Source: a virus
IMG/VR virus record: IMGVR_UViG_3300047160_020067
Location: 1-64,000 of that record
DNA length: 64,000 nt
Strand: one strand, 5' to 3'
The position numbers and the translations under genes were made by a program. Position 1 is the first letter of the stretch, and each line of letters opens with the position of its first letter. The notes below the pieces were generated by a model that did not search any database, had not been told where the DNA came from, and worked only from the letters and a program-made list of their open reading frames with translations. This document shows positions 9,287-18,781 of this stretch, in pieces.

Positions 9287-10396
9287 TCAGCCACCTCCCA
9301 CTAGATACTTACGCGCTCTTTCCACGATCCGCTCACGGCTGACACCATCAGGTATTGGCATCTCGGCAATGAACTGCGCGAGCGCCTCTTCCAGAGTCTC
9401 CGCCGAGCGAGCAGCGCTTGCCGCAGTGCGGGCGGCAGCCTGCTCTACAGTGCGGTCGGGCTCAACACACCCATCAACAATCCAGCCCTCTTCCTTTGCC
9501 CGCGCCAGCGTGGTGTATGCCTCACCGATCTCGCCGGGGGTGGCGGTGATACGCGCGAAGGTGCAAGTGGGCATCCGCTTCAGTGCCTGCTTCATGAACG
9601 CCTGCGTCGAAGAGAAAGTCAGGAAGCGTGGACCAGGGATCTCCACACGGCGCACACCCTCCTCGTCGTCCCAGATGATCAGGGACCCGTAGCCTTCGAG
9701 CCCAGGGTTGTCGAAGCCGGTAGGGCACAGCGTGCCGACCTGGTATAGCGTCGAGTTGTCGCAATCCCAGGTCGTAAAGGAATGCCAGTTGCCACTGAAA
9801 ACCGCCTCAATCTCATACTTCTTGCAGAGCGTATCGAGCGTGCGGACGTGGATGGCGTCCATCGAATCCTTGAGCCACGCCGGCGTGTAGTCGTCGGCGA
9901 GCCCCAGGTGCAGCCCGAGAATGAGGCGCTTCGGCGTCCACGTAGTGCGATTGGACCCGAGCGCCTTCTCGATGGCATCTGGCAACCAATCACTCGCGGC
10001 GCCTGGCTGAAATGGGACGAGCAGCAACCCCACATCGGGGGCAATGACAAAGGCATCTGGTTTCTCGACAACGTCGCCAAATTCACGGAGGGGCCCTAAC
10101 GTGTGGTCACCTGCTGCCGTAGATATCTGATCGTGGTTGCCCACGAGGAAATAATTGAACATCGATGAACCAAGCGTGTCCTGTACTGCCGCAATGACTT
10201 GTGGCTCAGGACGTTCGGTGTCGAAGAGATCGCCTAGGATTACGAACCCTTCGCAACCCTCTTCGACTGCCTTCTTGACCGCAGCACGAAGCGTTTCAAC
10301 AATGAGTCGGCATCTTCGATTCAATCCCGATTCGACTGGCCCCCCGAATCTTTTGTGATTAGCACAATGTACGTCAGCTACAAACCCAATCCTCAT
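9287..10396 (-). CDS. sbcD: SbcD/Mre11/gp47-like metallophosphoesterase nuclease
   Basis: ADVH, GDLFD, GNHD and GNWH motifs. Confidence 0.92.
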   Translation of the reverse strand: MRIGFVADVHCANHKRFGGPVESGLNRRCRLIVETLRAAVKKAVEEGCEGFVILGDLFDTERPEPQVIAAVQDTLGSSMFNYFLVGNHDQISTAAGDHTLGPLREFGDVVEKPDAFVIAPDVGLLLVPFQPGAASDWLPDAIEKALGSNRTTWTPKRLILGLHLGLADDYTPAWLKDSMDAIHVRTLDTLCKKYEIEAVFSGNWHSFTTWDCDNSTLYQVGTLCPTGFDNPGLEGYGSLIIWDDEEGVRRVEIPGPRFLTFSSTQAFMKQALKRMPTCTFARITATPGEIGEAYTTLARAKEEGWIVDGCVEPDRTVEQAAARTAASAARSAETLEEALAQFIAEMPIPDGVSRERIVERARKYLVGGG

Positions 10397-10773
10397 CGTC
10401 GAGCCTTGGCAACAGCCAAACCCGCCCCCATCGCATCATAGATATGGCCTTTAGCGTTCTCGGCGGAGTTGCGTGCTGCATCTTCAGGCGTCTTACCGGC
10501 ACCGCCTACGCCACCACCAAACCAAGCAACACAAGAATACTCACCTGGACACGGGTCACTTGGTCCATGCGGACCCCAAATTTCGAAACGAACCAAATCA
10601 CCGGGGTGCCGCTCCACAGAACACTTAATGCAGTAACCAATCTCAGCGCGAGCCCACAGCAATTCATTGCGAAGACGACGCCGTTCTACCCACAAAATAA
10701 CCGTACCGATAGAGCCAATAACTTGTAAAGTGAGCCAAACTCCCCAGAGTGTATCAATTCCGTGCACGACCAC
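10393..10773 (-). CDS. Hypothetical membrane-anchored protein
   Basis: N-terminal TM helix; overlaps both neighbours. Confidence 0.55.
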   Translation of the reverse strand: MVVHGIDTLWGVWLTLQVIGSIGTVILWVERRRLRNELLWARAEIGYCIKCSVERHPGDLVRFEIWGPHGPSDPCPGEYSCVAWFGGGVGGAGKTPEDAARNSAENAKGHIYDAMGAGLAVAKARR

Positions 10774-11026
10774 CCCCTACGCCAAAAAGCATTTCACTAT
10801 CACGAATCTCGGCATTACCCCACATTCGTTCCGTCCCGCAAACGGCACATGAATAAATAAGTGCTTTCGGTAGCACAATGGACGTCACTTTACCGCTATG
10901 TCCATTTGTCCCATTTGGTTCGCTTGCCATCCCAGCGTAATGACTAAATGAATGGTCGGTAGCACGATTACATAACTCACATGGCAAAAGCGCTTCAATA
11001 GTCTCAGGAAACTTCTTCATCGCCAT
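10754..11026 (-). CDS. Zn-ribbon protein
   Basis: CELC...CAVCG. Confidence 0.6.
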   Translation of the reverse strand: MAMKKFPETIEALLPCELCNRATDHSFSHYAGMASEPNGTNGHSGKVTSIVLPKALIYSCAVCGTERMWGNAEIRDSEMLFGVGGGRARN

Positions 11027-11981
11027 TCTTTCCTCCCAATCTGGTACGCGTGACTACGTCCTTCCAGCCTAGTTTTTCAATGGCTTCCAGATACGCCTTT
11101 TCGCCACGAGCGTTGTCCTTAATTAATTCCAGCTCTTTCGCCAAACGAATTGTTGACCAAACATTTTCCCAACCACCCGCATAATTCAATCTTGCAACAC
11201 CTTCACGCATTTGTTCAGCGCATAGTTTATTTTTCTTTGCTGTGAACTTCACGTCGCGATGATCACGCTCAGGCTTATCGCCTTGGGTCAAATAAAGCCG
11301 CACCATCGAGGTAAATTTCGTTCCCTTACCACCAGGCGTCGTTACCTTCGATCCAAACATTACGCCAATGTTGTCACGGGTCTGGTTCACCACGAGCAAC
11401 GCCAACCGCTTCTCGATACTGACACTATGTAACTTCTTACAGAAACGATGAATTAGTTTGGCGTTCCCAGCCATTAAAGCTCCAGCCGCCTCACCATCTA
11501 GCTCCTCTTTCGAAGCGGATGCAGCAAGTGAATCCCATGCCACGATGTTTGGTCCTGTGCCATCCGGAATGGACAACGCAGCCTCATACATCTGGTCAAT
11601 CGCTTCTTCAATCGTTCTGGGCTGGAGGAAAATAAATCGGTCAAGATCTTCAATCCCAAACGTATTAGCGCGTTCCTGTTGCAAAGAGTGCTCGGTATCA
11701 CAATAAACTGCAATGCCACCAAGCCTAATAGCATTTGCGCAGCAAGAAAGAGCGAAGGAAGTTTTTGCGGTTCCCTCATCTCCGAAGACCTCAACCATCT
11801 GCTTCACCGGAAGCCCACCAGCGCCAATCACGTAGCGGTCAACCACATCTATACCTGTTGAAATGAATTCAGTAACCTCTGACTTAGACGCACCCTTATC
11901 ACCAATATTGATTGCAGTGCCAACACCGAATTTTTTGTTTAGTCTATCGCGTACAGCCGCCGCGTAATCTTTTGGCGACAC
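11004..11981 (-). CDS. recA: RecA/UvsX-like recombinase
   Basis: STG, EVFGDEGTAKT Walker A, DTEHSL, WDSLAA, NQTRDNIGVMFG, TTPGG. Confidence 0.92.
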   Translation of the reverse strand: MSPKDYAAAVRDRLNKKFGVGTAINIGDKGASKSEVTEFISTGIDVVDRYVIGAGGLPVKQMVEVFGDEGTAKTSFALSCCANAIRLGGIAVYCDTEHSLQQERANTFGIEDLDRFIFLQPRTIEEAIDQMYEAALSIPDGTGPNIVAWDSLAASASKEELDGEAAGALMAGNAKLIHRFCKKLHSVSIEKRLALLVVNQTRDNIGVMFGSKVTTPGGKGTKFTSMVRLYLTQGDKPERDHRDVKFTAKKNKLCAEQMREGVARLNYAGGWENVWSTIRLAKELELIKDNARGEKAYLEAIEKLGWKDVVTRTRLGGKNGDEEVS

Positions 11982-11984
11982 GAC

Positions 11985-12767
11985 CTATGCGTCCTCAAAT
12001 TCACCGTCAACTGCGTCGTCTTCGGCCGTTCGCGAGGGGCGGCGCTCAGGCTGTCGCGCGAAGCTTTTGCTTTGCCGCATTGGGGTTTGCTCGTCATCCT
12101 CAACGCGTGCTTCTAGTGCTTCCTCAATCTCATGTGTCGGCTTGGTGACATCACCGAAACGAGATAGATCATTAAGTTGGTCTAGCCACTCGTCATTTCC
12201 AAGTGGACTAGACTTGCGAGAACCAGTCACAGTGTACTCGGTATCGTTCTTACCGGTACCTTTACGCTCGATGTAAATGTCAAAACCGGCTTCGGGGTCG
12301 GTAAAGTCATCACCGCCAACATCAGGGTCCGCCAACTGAAGCAATGAATCATGAATAGACTTACCAAACGCCAATACCTGAACGCCACGATCAGGACTCT
12401 TGCGATCAATCACATTTGCATAAACACGGCGCTTAGCATGAATTTGATAACCGTAGTCGCGATCAGCTTTGTTATTTGACCGCTTGAGCCCTTCTGCTAC
12501 GGTGCAAGCCTTACAAGCTTCCTTCCGCATCATGCGCGGACAAGCAAACGTAAGTGCTTTGCCGCCGTCGGTCGGGATACGGTGCTCATAAACCTTGTAC
12601 AATGGCTCATCCATGGTGGGAGACGCGGGCAAAAACCGTAAATGGTTTTTTCCGACACGCAACTTCGCAAACATTCCGCCGCCTTCGGCGTCTGACTCCT
12701 CTCGTGACTGCTTAATCTTTTCTGGTGTCCACGAACGATACTTTTGCAATCCTTTATTTTCACTCAT
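11985..12767 (-). CDS. gp32-like single-stranded DNA-binding protein
   Basis: RFLP, H...C...CxxC Zn site, YANVIDR, acidic C-terminal tail; next to the recombinase. Confidence 0.8.
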   Translation of the reverse strand: MSENKGLQKYRSWTPEKIKQSREESDAEGGGMFAKLRVGKNHLRFLPASPTMDEPLYKVYEHRIPTDGGKALTFACPRMMRKEACKACTVAEGLKRSNNKADRDYGYQIHAKRRVYANVIDRKSPDRGVQVLAFGKSIHDSLLQLADPDVGGDDFTDPEAGFDIYIERKGTGKNDTEYTVTGSRKSSPLGNDEWLDQLNDLSRFGDVTKPTHEIEEALEARVEDDEQTPMRQSKSFARQPERRPSRTAEDDAVDGEFEDA

Positions 12768-12787
12768 TTTTCCCTCAATTTCTCTCG

Positions 12788-13225
12788 TTATTCTTCTGTT
12801 CTCATTGCACGACGTCCACGATGTAGCTCACGTAATTGTGGGTCACGTTCCATCTCTGCTCGAACATGCGCACCTAATTGAATCAGCATGTCGCGTTTAA
12901 CGCGCAACGATTCAACAATACCAAATAGCCTTGCTCGTTCTGCGTCACTTTCAATCTCAATTAGCTTAGCCGCTACAAATTCAGGATGATTTACCACACG
13001 TGCCTCAACTTCATCAACAGTTCTTTTTCCACCAGTCTCACGAACTTCAATGAGGAGCCGAGCATAGGCCCGTTCACGATCAAATTTGGCACATAGAGCG
13101 CCCTTTGTTACTTCGCTCAGCTTATGAGACCAATACGCGAAATCCGCCGGGGCACGCTGAAACTCCTCGTCCAAGGCAAGCGGATCGATATCAGTAACAT
13201 TGGCTATATCGCGGTCTTTACTCAT
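12788..13225 (-). CDS. UvsY-like recombination mediator
   Basis: Helical 145-aa protein (IDPLALDEEF...TVDEVEARV) in the recombination cluster. Confidence 0.6.
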   Translation of the reverse strand: MSKDRDIANVTDIDPLALDEEFQRAPADFAYWSHKLSEVTKGALCAKFDRERAYARLLIEVRETGGKRTVDEVEARVVNHPEFVAAKLIEIESDAERARLFGIVESLRVKRDMLIQLGAHVRAEMERDPQLRELHRGRRAMRTEE

Positions 13226-13237
13226 TTTTATCCTCCG

Positions 13238-15799
13238 CTACAACTTAACCGACATTGATCCCCACGATGGACCAGCTTTGCAGTCAACCTCAAACGGGAC
13301 ATCCTGCACGCCTGGCGCTGGCCATCCGCACATAATGCTACGCACTGTTGATACGACTTCAGGCACGGCAGCCTTTTCTACCTCAAACAGCAATGCGTCA
13401 TGAATGGCAGCAACGAGTTTCGCCGGGACCAAATCATCTTTAATCCAATTTACACAACGCACAAGAGAAAAAGCACAAAGGTCACTTGCAGTACCCTGTA
13501 TTGGCGAATTAAATGAAGCATGTTCAGCACGCGAACGACGCTCGCCATCCTTACTAGCAATGTCAACAAGCGGACGGCGACGGAAACGTTTGCCATTCCA
13601 GTACGTCCAAGTTTCCCCAAACATCCGAGCCTCACGGCACGTTCGCTTCACCCATGCATCCAAAGCCTGAAATTTACCGAAAATGGCACGTTTTAGCTTT
13701 GCTGCATCTTCCACAGAAATTTTCAACATGGCAGCAATTTTCTCATCACTAGCACCATAGAGCGCTGCAAAATTTGTCGTCTTCGCATGAGTGCGCATTG
13801 CATCCGTCACGGCGTCCGGCTCAACACCCCATACCTGTCGAGACACCATACGAGCTGTCGCAAGATGGTAATCAACGCCATCTCGAAAAATTTGGGCCAT
13901 TTGCTCATCACCAGATATGGACGCCGCAACACGCAACTCCAACGCTTTATAATCAAATTCGACTAAAAGATGTCCAGGAGGCGCAACAAAGCAATCACGC
14001 GCCATCTTACCCTCTACTGAATCAGATGCACGTGGAATATTTTGCAGGTTTGGTTCATGACAGCTCCACCGACCTGATCTCGCACCGTCGATACGGAAAG
14101 TTGGGTGAACCCGCCCATCGTCACGAATGTGGTTATCAATTGCCTCAGCATAGGTGCCCATTAGCTTGTTCAGCCGACGCCATTCCAACAAATCTGGAAT
14201 AACAGGATGCTTATCTCCCATCGCCTTTAACGTCTCTTTATCCGTAGATGGCTGTCCCTTATCCGTAAACGAAGTCGGCTCTAGTTTGAGCACCTCAAAA
14301 AGGAGATGTGATACGTCCTTCGTTGAAGATGGATTAAAATCTTGGTATTGCTCAAATCGGCGTCTTAGCTCTGTAATTTTGGCCCCAAGATAACCTTGAT
14401 AGTTATCAATCTGTTGACGGTCCGCTGCAATACCCCACGCCTCCATCTGTTCGGCGGCAGCAATAGACGGACGCATAACCATTTTCCACACTTGTGTTAA
14501 TTCAGGAGGCTCACTTGCTAACCGCATACTAAGCACATCTGTAAGAAGATCGGTAGAAACCGAATCGCGCGCGTTGTAGCGATGGAGCAAGTCGGGCTCC
14601 AACAAACCATATGCCCACTGGCGGGGGTCTTCACCTAATCGAATCTGCGCCTGCACATGCGGCGGAAGCATCGAATCAGTAAGAGGGTCTGTCTCATCAG
14701 ACCGCGACACCTTACGCATCTTTTTAACCGCAGCGTTAATGGCTTTTTCCGCCTCGCCCTTATGTCCACCCATCCCTACTTGCTCAGCCAGAACCGCGAG
14801 ACCGGCTTCAGCATCAGGATCGACAATGCGGCGAACCAACATGGTATCAAATGTTATATTTTTAACCTCCACGCCTAGCCCAGCACGCACAGCCAACATA
14901 TCAAACTTGATGTTTTGTCCTGACTTTGGCACAGCAGGATCGGCAAGAAGATCGGCAAGAATTCGCCCAGCTTTTCCTAAAAGTGCTGATTTATTCCATA
15001 CATACGCGCCACGCTGACCGGCGCGAGTAGCCGCAATCGAAAGAAGTGAAAAGTCTTCGTTAAAAGGGCGGCCGCTCGTTTCACAATCGAAGGTTACACG
15101 ACCTTGACGAAGATCGGCGACGGCGGATTGTGCATCCTTTTCATTTGTAATTGTTATTACATAACCATTCCATGGTGGATAATCCGGCTTGGCAGTTAAT
15201 GCCCAGGCAAAATCTATTCGAAACCATTTCTGGAGAAAATTATTACGCAGTCCGACCGCCGGATGCAGCACTGTAAAAACTGGCACAGGAACCGGCAAAG
15301 ATGTTAACCACCCATAACCATGTCGCGCGGACATAACCGGTATAACCCGGCCCAACACCGAATATGCAGCCCAACCGCCAAGTGTAATAATCCGACGTGG
15401 CCGCACATCCCTAATAATACCGGCTAAATAAGGACGACATTCCTCAACATCCGTCGCAAGAACACCACGGCCAGGAAAACACCTAACTGAGTGATCTAAA
15501 ACAACCGGTCCTTTCCAGTGTGATTCAAGCAGCGGCCACAGTTCATCGCCTACTCGGCCAACAAATGGTTGTCCACGACTGTCCTCAAGCTGGCCCGGAC
15601 CTTCCCCTACAATCAATAATGTTTCACCGGTTGTATCTGCACCCCGCACTACTGGACCAAGACACGGTGATTTAAGATTAGAACGTTGCGACAACGGACA
15701 TCGCGTACACTTGGGATCCAAATCAAGTGGTACTTCACACTCAATTGGTGTCGGCTCAAACTCAGGATACAACGGTAACTTATTCACATTATTTACCAA
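13238..15799 (-). CDS. polA: Family A DNA polymerase with N-terminal family-4 uracil-DNA glycosylase domain
   Basis: UDG: CTRCPL, VGEGPG, PFVG, CRPYL, HPA. Exonuclease: DCET. Polymerase motifs: DYKALELR, KTTNFAALYG, NSPIQGTASD, IHDALLFE. Confidence 0.93.
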   Translation of the reverse strand: MVNNVNKLPLYPEFEPTPIECEVPLDLDPKCTRCPLSQRSNLKSPCLGPVVRGADTTGETLLIVGEGPGQLEDSRGQPFVGRVGDELWPLLESHWKGPVVLDHSVRCFPGRGVLATDVEECRPYLAGIIRDVRPRRIITLGGWAAYSVLGRVIPVMSARHGYGWLTSLPVPVPVFTVLHPAVGLRNNFLQKWFRIDFAWALTAKPDYPPWNGYVITITNEKDAQSAVADLRQGRVTFDCETSGRPFNEDFSLLSIAATRAGQRGAYVWNKSALLGKAGRILADLLADPAVPKSGQNIKFDMLAVRAGLGVEVKNITFDTMLVRRIVDPDAEAGLAVLAEQVGMGGHKGEAEKAINAAVKKMRKVSRSDETDPLTDSMLPPHVQAQIRLGEDPRQWAYGLLEPDLLHRYNARDSVSTDLLTDVLSMRLASEPPELTQVWKMVMRPSIAAAEQMEAWGIAADRQQIDNYQGYLGAKITELRRRFEQYQDFNPSSTKDVSHLLFEVLKLEPTSFTDKGQPSTDKETLKAMGDKHPVIPDLLEWRRLNKLMGTYAEAIDNHIRDDGRVHPTFRIDGARSGRWSCHEPNLQNIPRASDSVEGKMARDCFVAPPGHLLVEFDYKALELRVAASISGDEQMAQIFRDGVDYHLATARMVSRQVWGVEPDAVTDAMRTHAKTTNFAALYGASDEKIAAMLKISVEDAAKLKRAIFGKFQALDAWVKRTCREARMFGETWTYWNGKRFRRRPLVDIASKDGERRSRAEHASFNSPIQGTASDLCAFSLVRCVNWIKDDLVPAKLVAAIHDALLFEVEKAAVPEVVSTVRSIMCGWPAPGVQDVPFEVDCKAGPSWGSMSVKL

Positions 15800-15802
15800 T
15801 TT

Positions 15803-16366
15803 TCAAATTGTACCCAGTAATCTATACTCGCTATCGGCTACCGCAACCGCCTCTATTGGAATCAGCCGCCTAACGATTGCGGCACACTCTTTAAGGGTTG
15901 CGGCTCTGGCGGCGGCATCAGCGACATAAGCGGCGGCATAAGCGGCGGCGTCGGCGGCATAAAAGGCGGCGAAGGCGGCATTGGCGGCGGTGTCGGCGGC
16001 ATAAGCGGCGGCTCTGGTGGCATTGGCGGCGGCGTCGCCGGCGGCATTGGCGGCGGCGTCGGCGGCATTGGCGGCGTTGATGGCGGCTGCCTTTACTTCC
16101 TCAAAGCCTACTTCATTGCGGCACCACGCTTCTGCGGCCTCAATGGCCTTTAAGGGGCGGCTTTCGCCTTTGGGGACGTGCGGCAAAGCTAGCCGTGCAC
16201 AGGCTGCCGCGGCTTGGACCACGAGGCGGCGGTCTATTCCTATTGTGGCGGCTTTCCGCAACATCCAATCGCCTCGATCACAGGCCGCCCATGCGGCAGC
16301 TGCGGGTACATTAAAAAAATAATCAAAGGAGAAATGAGAATTCATCAATCCACACAATGATGACAA
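15803..16366 (-). CDS. Ala-repeat cassette protein, copy 2 (Imm5-like family)
   Basis: WAACDRGDWML core, RPLKAIEAAEAW, then AAYAA/AADAA repeats and CAAIVRRLIP. Confidence 0.8.
   Translation of the reverse strand: MSSLCGLMNSHFSFDYFFNVPAAAAWAACDRGDWMLRKAATIGIDRRLVVQAAAACARLALPHVPKGESRPLKAIEAAEAWCRNEVGFEEVKAAAINAANAADAAANAAGDAAANATRAAAYAADTAANAAFAAFYAADAAAYAAAYVADAAARAATLKECAAIVRRLIPIEAVAVADSEYRLLGTI
15829..16307. repeat. Dispersed near-identical cassette, copy 2 (others at <1-166 and 23927-24491)
   Basis: Direct nucleotide comparison: conserved flanks around a variable GCC-rich repeat core. Confidence 0.95.
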
Positions 16367-16388
16367 CGTCCGCGATTACTACCGCAAG

Positions 16389-16925
16389 CTATGCTTGAAC
16401 CTCACCAATCAACACGCTTGCGATTCGTCGGACGCGAGTGTCCATATTGCTCAAGTCCACTGTCTTGAGAGCCGGCACTCGGTCTCGGAAATCCTTGCAA
16501 ATCTTTACCAGCTCGTCCGGGTTTTTGGTCTGATCGAGGAGGATGCTCACTACATCGCGTAGTCCTTTTGCATTCTCCAAGACAGCCAAAGGGACAATAT
16601 CTGTTTTTTGGATATTTTCAGTAGGGGCGGGCTTTAAATTTTCTGATGTCTCCACTGTTACCTTAACAGTTGGCTTATCCCGCTCTACTTCAACATGCCC
16701 GTTAGAACCATTCTTCTTAGCTAGAAAATCTACAGCGCTCGGCTCGGATGGCGCCACAATGACCGTAGCGGTTTTATTTTCGCATGGAAGAGCAGCCAAT
16801 AAGCGCTCAACCTCGCCAGGAACAATACCGCTAATCGAAAGCGTACTTCCTGAAAATTCAAAACTCCGTTCTACACCAAACACATTAACAGAACCGGTCA
16901 ACTCTTTCACTGTGAAAGTTGCCAT
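16389..16925 (-). CDS. Hypothetical protein
   Basis: AAGGAGG RBS upstream; 178 aa. Confidence 0.75.
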   Translation of the reverse strand: MATFTVKELTGSVNVFGVERSFEFSGSTLSISGIVPGEVERLLAALPCENKTATVIVAPSEPSAVDFLAKKNGSNGHVEVERDKPTVKVTVETSENLKPAPTENIQKTDIVPLAVLENAKGLRDVVSILLDQTKNPDELVKICKDFRDRVPALKTVDLSNMDTRVRRIASVLIGEVQA

Positions 16926-17392
16926 CTTGGATCCTCCTTTAGTAAATTTTTCACGCCTTCATCACCGGCAAGAGCCCAAGCCGCCCGAACTGCGGCACAT
17001 AACCCTAAATCGCTTTGCACGTATTCAATAATTCGACGCCTCTCGTCTGGCTTAAACATTTTATTTGAGGCAATTATTACAGCCCAACTCTCAGCCCAAT
17101 CACGATCAATAAGTTGATGCCCAAAAAATGCTACCGGAGCTCGACGTAATTCAACCGTGGTAGTGCGTAAAATTTTTCCCCACCGGCCAACTGGCTCCCA
17201 ACCAGCCGCAGTCAGTTCAGCAAACGACTGTTTGACTACCGCAGAATAAAATTTCATATCACATTGGCGAGACCGACCATTAGTATGCTTTTCCATGTTA
17301 CGCGTCAAACCGCCACAGCGGCTACATTTCAGCATCGTGCATAAAAATGGTCTACGCATTACACACACTCTTTCGCTTCGTTCAAAAGCCAC
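16907..17392 (-). CDS. Hypothetical protein
   Basis: Operon position; true start may be near 17359. Confidence 0.55.
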   Translation of the reverse strand: MAFERSERVCVMRRPFLCTMLKCSRCGGLTRNMEKHTNGRSRQCDMKFYSAVVKQSFAELTAAGWEPVGRWGKILRTTTVELRRAPVAFFGHQLIDRDWAESWAVIIASNKMFKPDERRRIIEYVQSDLGLCAAVRAAWALAGDEGVKNLLKEDPRWQLSQ

Positions 17393-18207
17393 GTTTTATC
17401 CACTTCATCCGGATCAGTCTTTGGCGGAAGCCGTACAAAGCCTGCACGTTGTCCCATCAATTTCAGCTTCATTGAAAGCGCATAGCCTTCATAATGGGCA
17501 TCTCCATCAAGAACAATGGCTACCGGCCTTTTCGCAACGGCGAGCGCATCGATCTGAAAATGGCTAGGCTTACCTAGCACGGCAACCGCATTCGGCCAAA
17601 GCGCAAGCGCATCAAATACACCCTCTACCACCATGACCGGCACATCCGTATCAACAAGGAGTGCTGAATGGTTATAAAGAACTTCACCACGTTGCATTCC
17701 CTTGGGATAAAGATATGGACGATCTGACTTTACCCAAGTGCGTCCAACATAACCCAGCCACTGTCGATCGGCCCCCAAAACAGGAATAATTACTCGACCG
17801 CCCCAAAAACCTGACAGAACAGCACCTATGCCAGCTTCGCCCCACATCGATTGGGGCAATTTTCTTGACCGAAGATAGCGGCGTGCTGGACCAGTTACTA
17901 TAGCGCTATCCCCAGGGTATTCATAAAGAGGAAGAAACCCATCAGGCGGGTCAAATGCCTCAATCTCCTCACGTGTTGGTTCAGGCAATCGATTCAAATG
18001 ATCGGGGACATGGCGTAATCTTCCAGCCACCCCACACTTGAAACAATGAAACTTGCCGACAGGAAGCAAAACGGCAAATGCCTGCTTCCTGTCGGGTTTT
18101 CCAGTACGCGCTTCACAAAATGGGCAGTTAGCTCGCGCCCAACCACCGCGCATCGGCAAGCGCGACCTGGCAAGTGCCTCCAAAACGATATCGTCGTTTT
18201 GCGCCAC
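17359..18207 (-). CDS. dnaG: DNA primase (Zn finger + TOPRIM)
   Basis: CPFC...CFKCG; GRVIIP, VVEGVFDAL, LDGD. Confidence 0.9.
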   Translation of the reverse strand: MAQNDDIVLEALARSRLPMRGGWARANCPFCEARTGKPDRKQAFAVLLPVGKFHCFKCGVAGRLRHVPDHLNRLPEPTREEIEAFDPPDGFLPLYEYPGDSAIVTGPARRYLRSRKLPQSMWGEAGIGAVLSGFWGGRVIIPVLGADRQWLGYVGRTWVKSDRPYLYPKGMQRGEVLYNHSALLVDTDVPVMVVEGVFDALALWPNAVAVLGKPSHFQIDALAVAKRPVAIVLDGDAHYEGYALSMKLKLMGQRAGFVRLPPKTDPDEVDKTWLLNEAKECV

Positions 18208-18353
18208 GCTAACTTTTACGAACTGCTAAACAACCTAGCGCCAACAACAAAACAAATGGACCATTTATAACAGCTGGCAAATTATGCGGTGCAACTACTA
18301 CGTCCATGGCTGACACCGCAAGCGCCAAGCCGCCAATAATCTTTACCGTTGTT

Positions 18354-18545
18354 TTAATCTCCATTATTCACAGACTTGCATTGATGAGAAGATGCCGAAA
18401 GAAGCACAAATCCCAAAAACACCATCCCAGGTGTATTACCAGCAGCAAGCCAATTACCAAACCTAAAACCTGCAATTGCATCAGCAGTAGCGCCAACAAT
18501 ACAAACAACTCCAGTCAACCGCATAATCAAAGATGCAATCGTCAT
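18354..18545 (-). CDS. Small membrane protein
   Basis: Two hydrophobic segments; ATGA overlap. Confidence 0.5.
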   Translation of the reverse strand: MTIASLIMRLTGVVCIVGATADAIAGFRFGNWLAAGNTPGMVFLGFVLLSASSHQCKSVNNGD

Positions 18546-18781
18546 AGTTTTCTCCCATCAAGTTTAACGCCAACCATATCGGCCACGCGCTGTAGCAATT
18601 CTCGATTTCTCCCAATTTCATCCGACAAATAATTCATAGCAGCGCAGGTCGCAGCAGCGGAATCACCATTCAAAGAGGACAAAACCGTCCGCTCACCATC
18701 GCGCTCGTCCACAACAAAATAAAGGTCCCCATCAATACGCTTGTGAACTTCAATTTTGAATCGCGTCATCTCTTCCTCCAC
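18542..18781 (-). CDS. Hypothetical protein
   Basis: Coupled to the helicase stop codon. Confidence 0.55.
   Translation of the reverse strand: MEEEMTRFKIEVHKRIDGDLYFVVDERDGERTVLSSLNGDSAAATCAAMNYLSDEIGRNRELLQRVADMVGVKLDGRKL

Noticed and set aside
15862-16080. Pro/Met-rich and Arg/His-rich ORFs here, and the matching Pro-, Arg- and Gly-rich ORFs at 23871-24307
   Set aside because: They are alternative-frame shadows of the GCC-rich Ala repeat.
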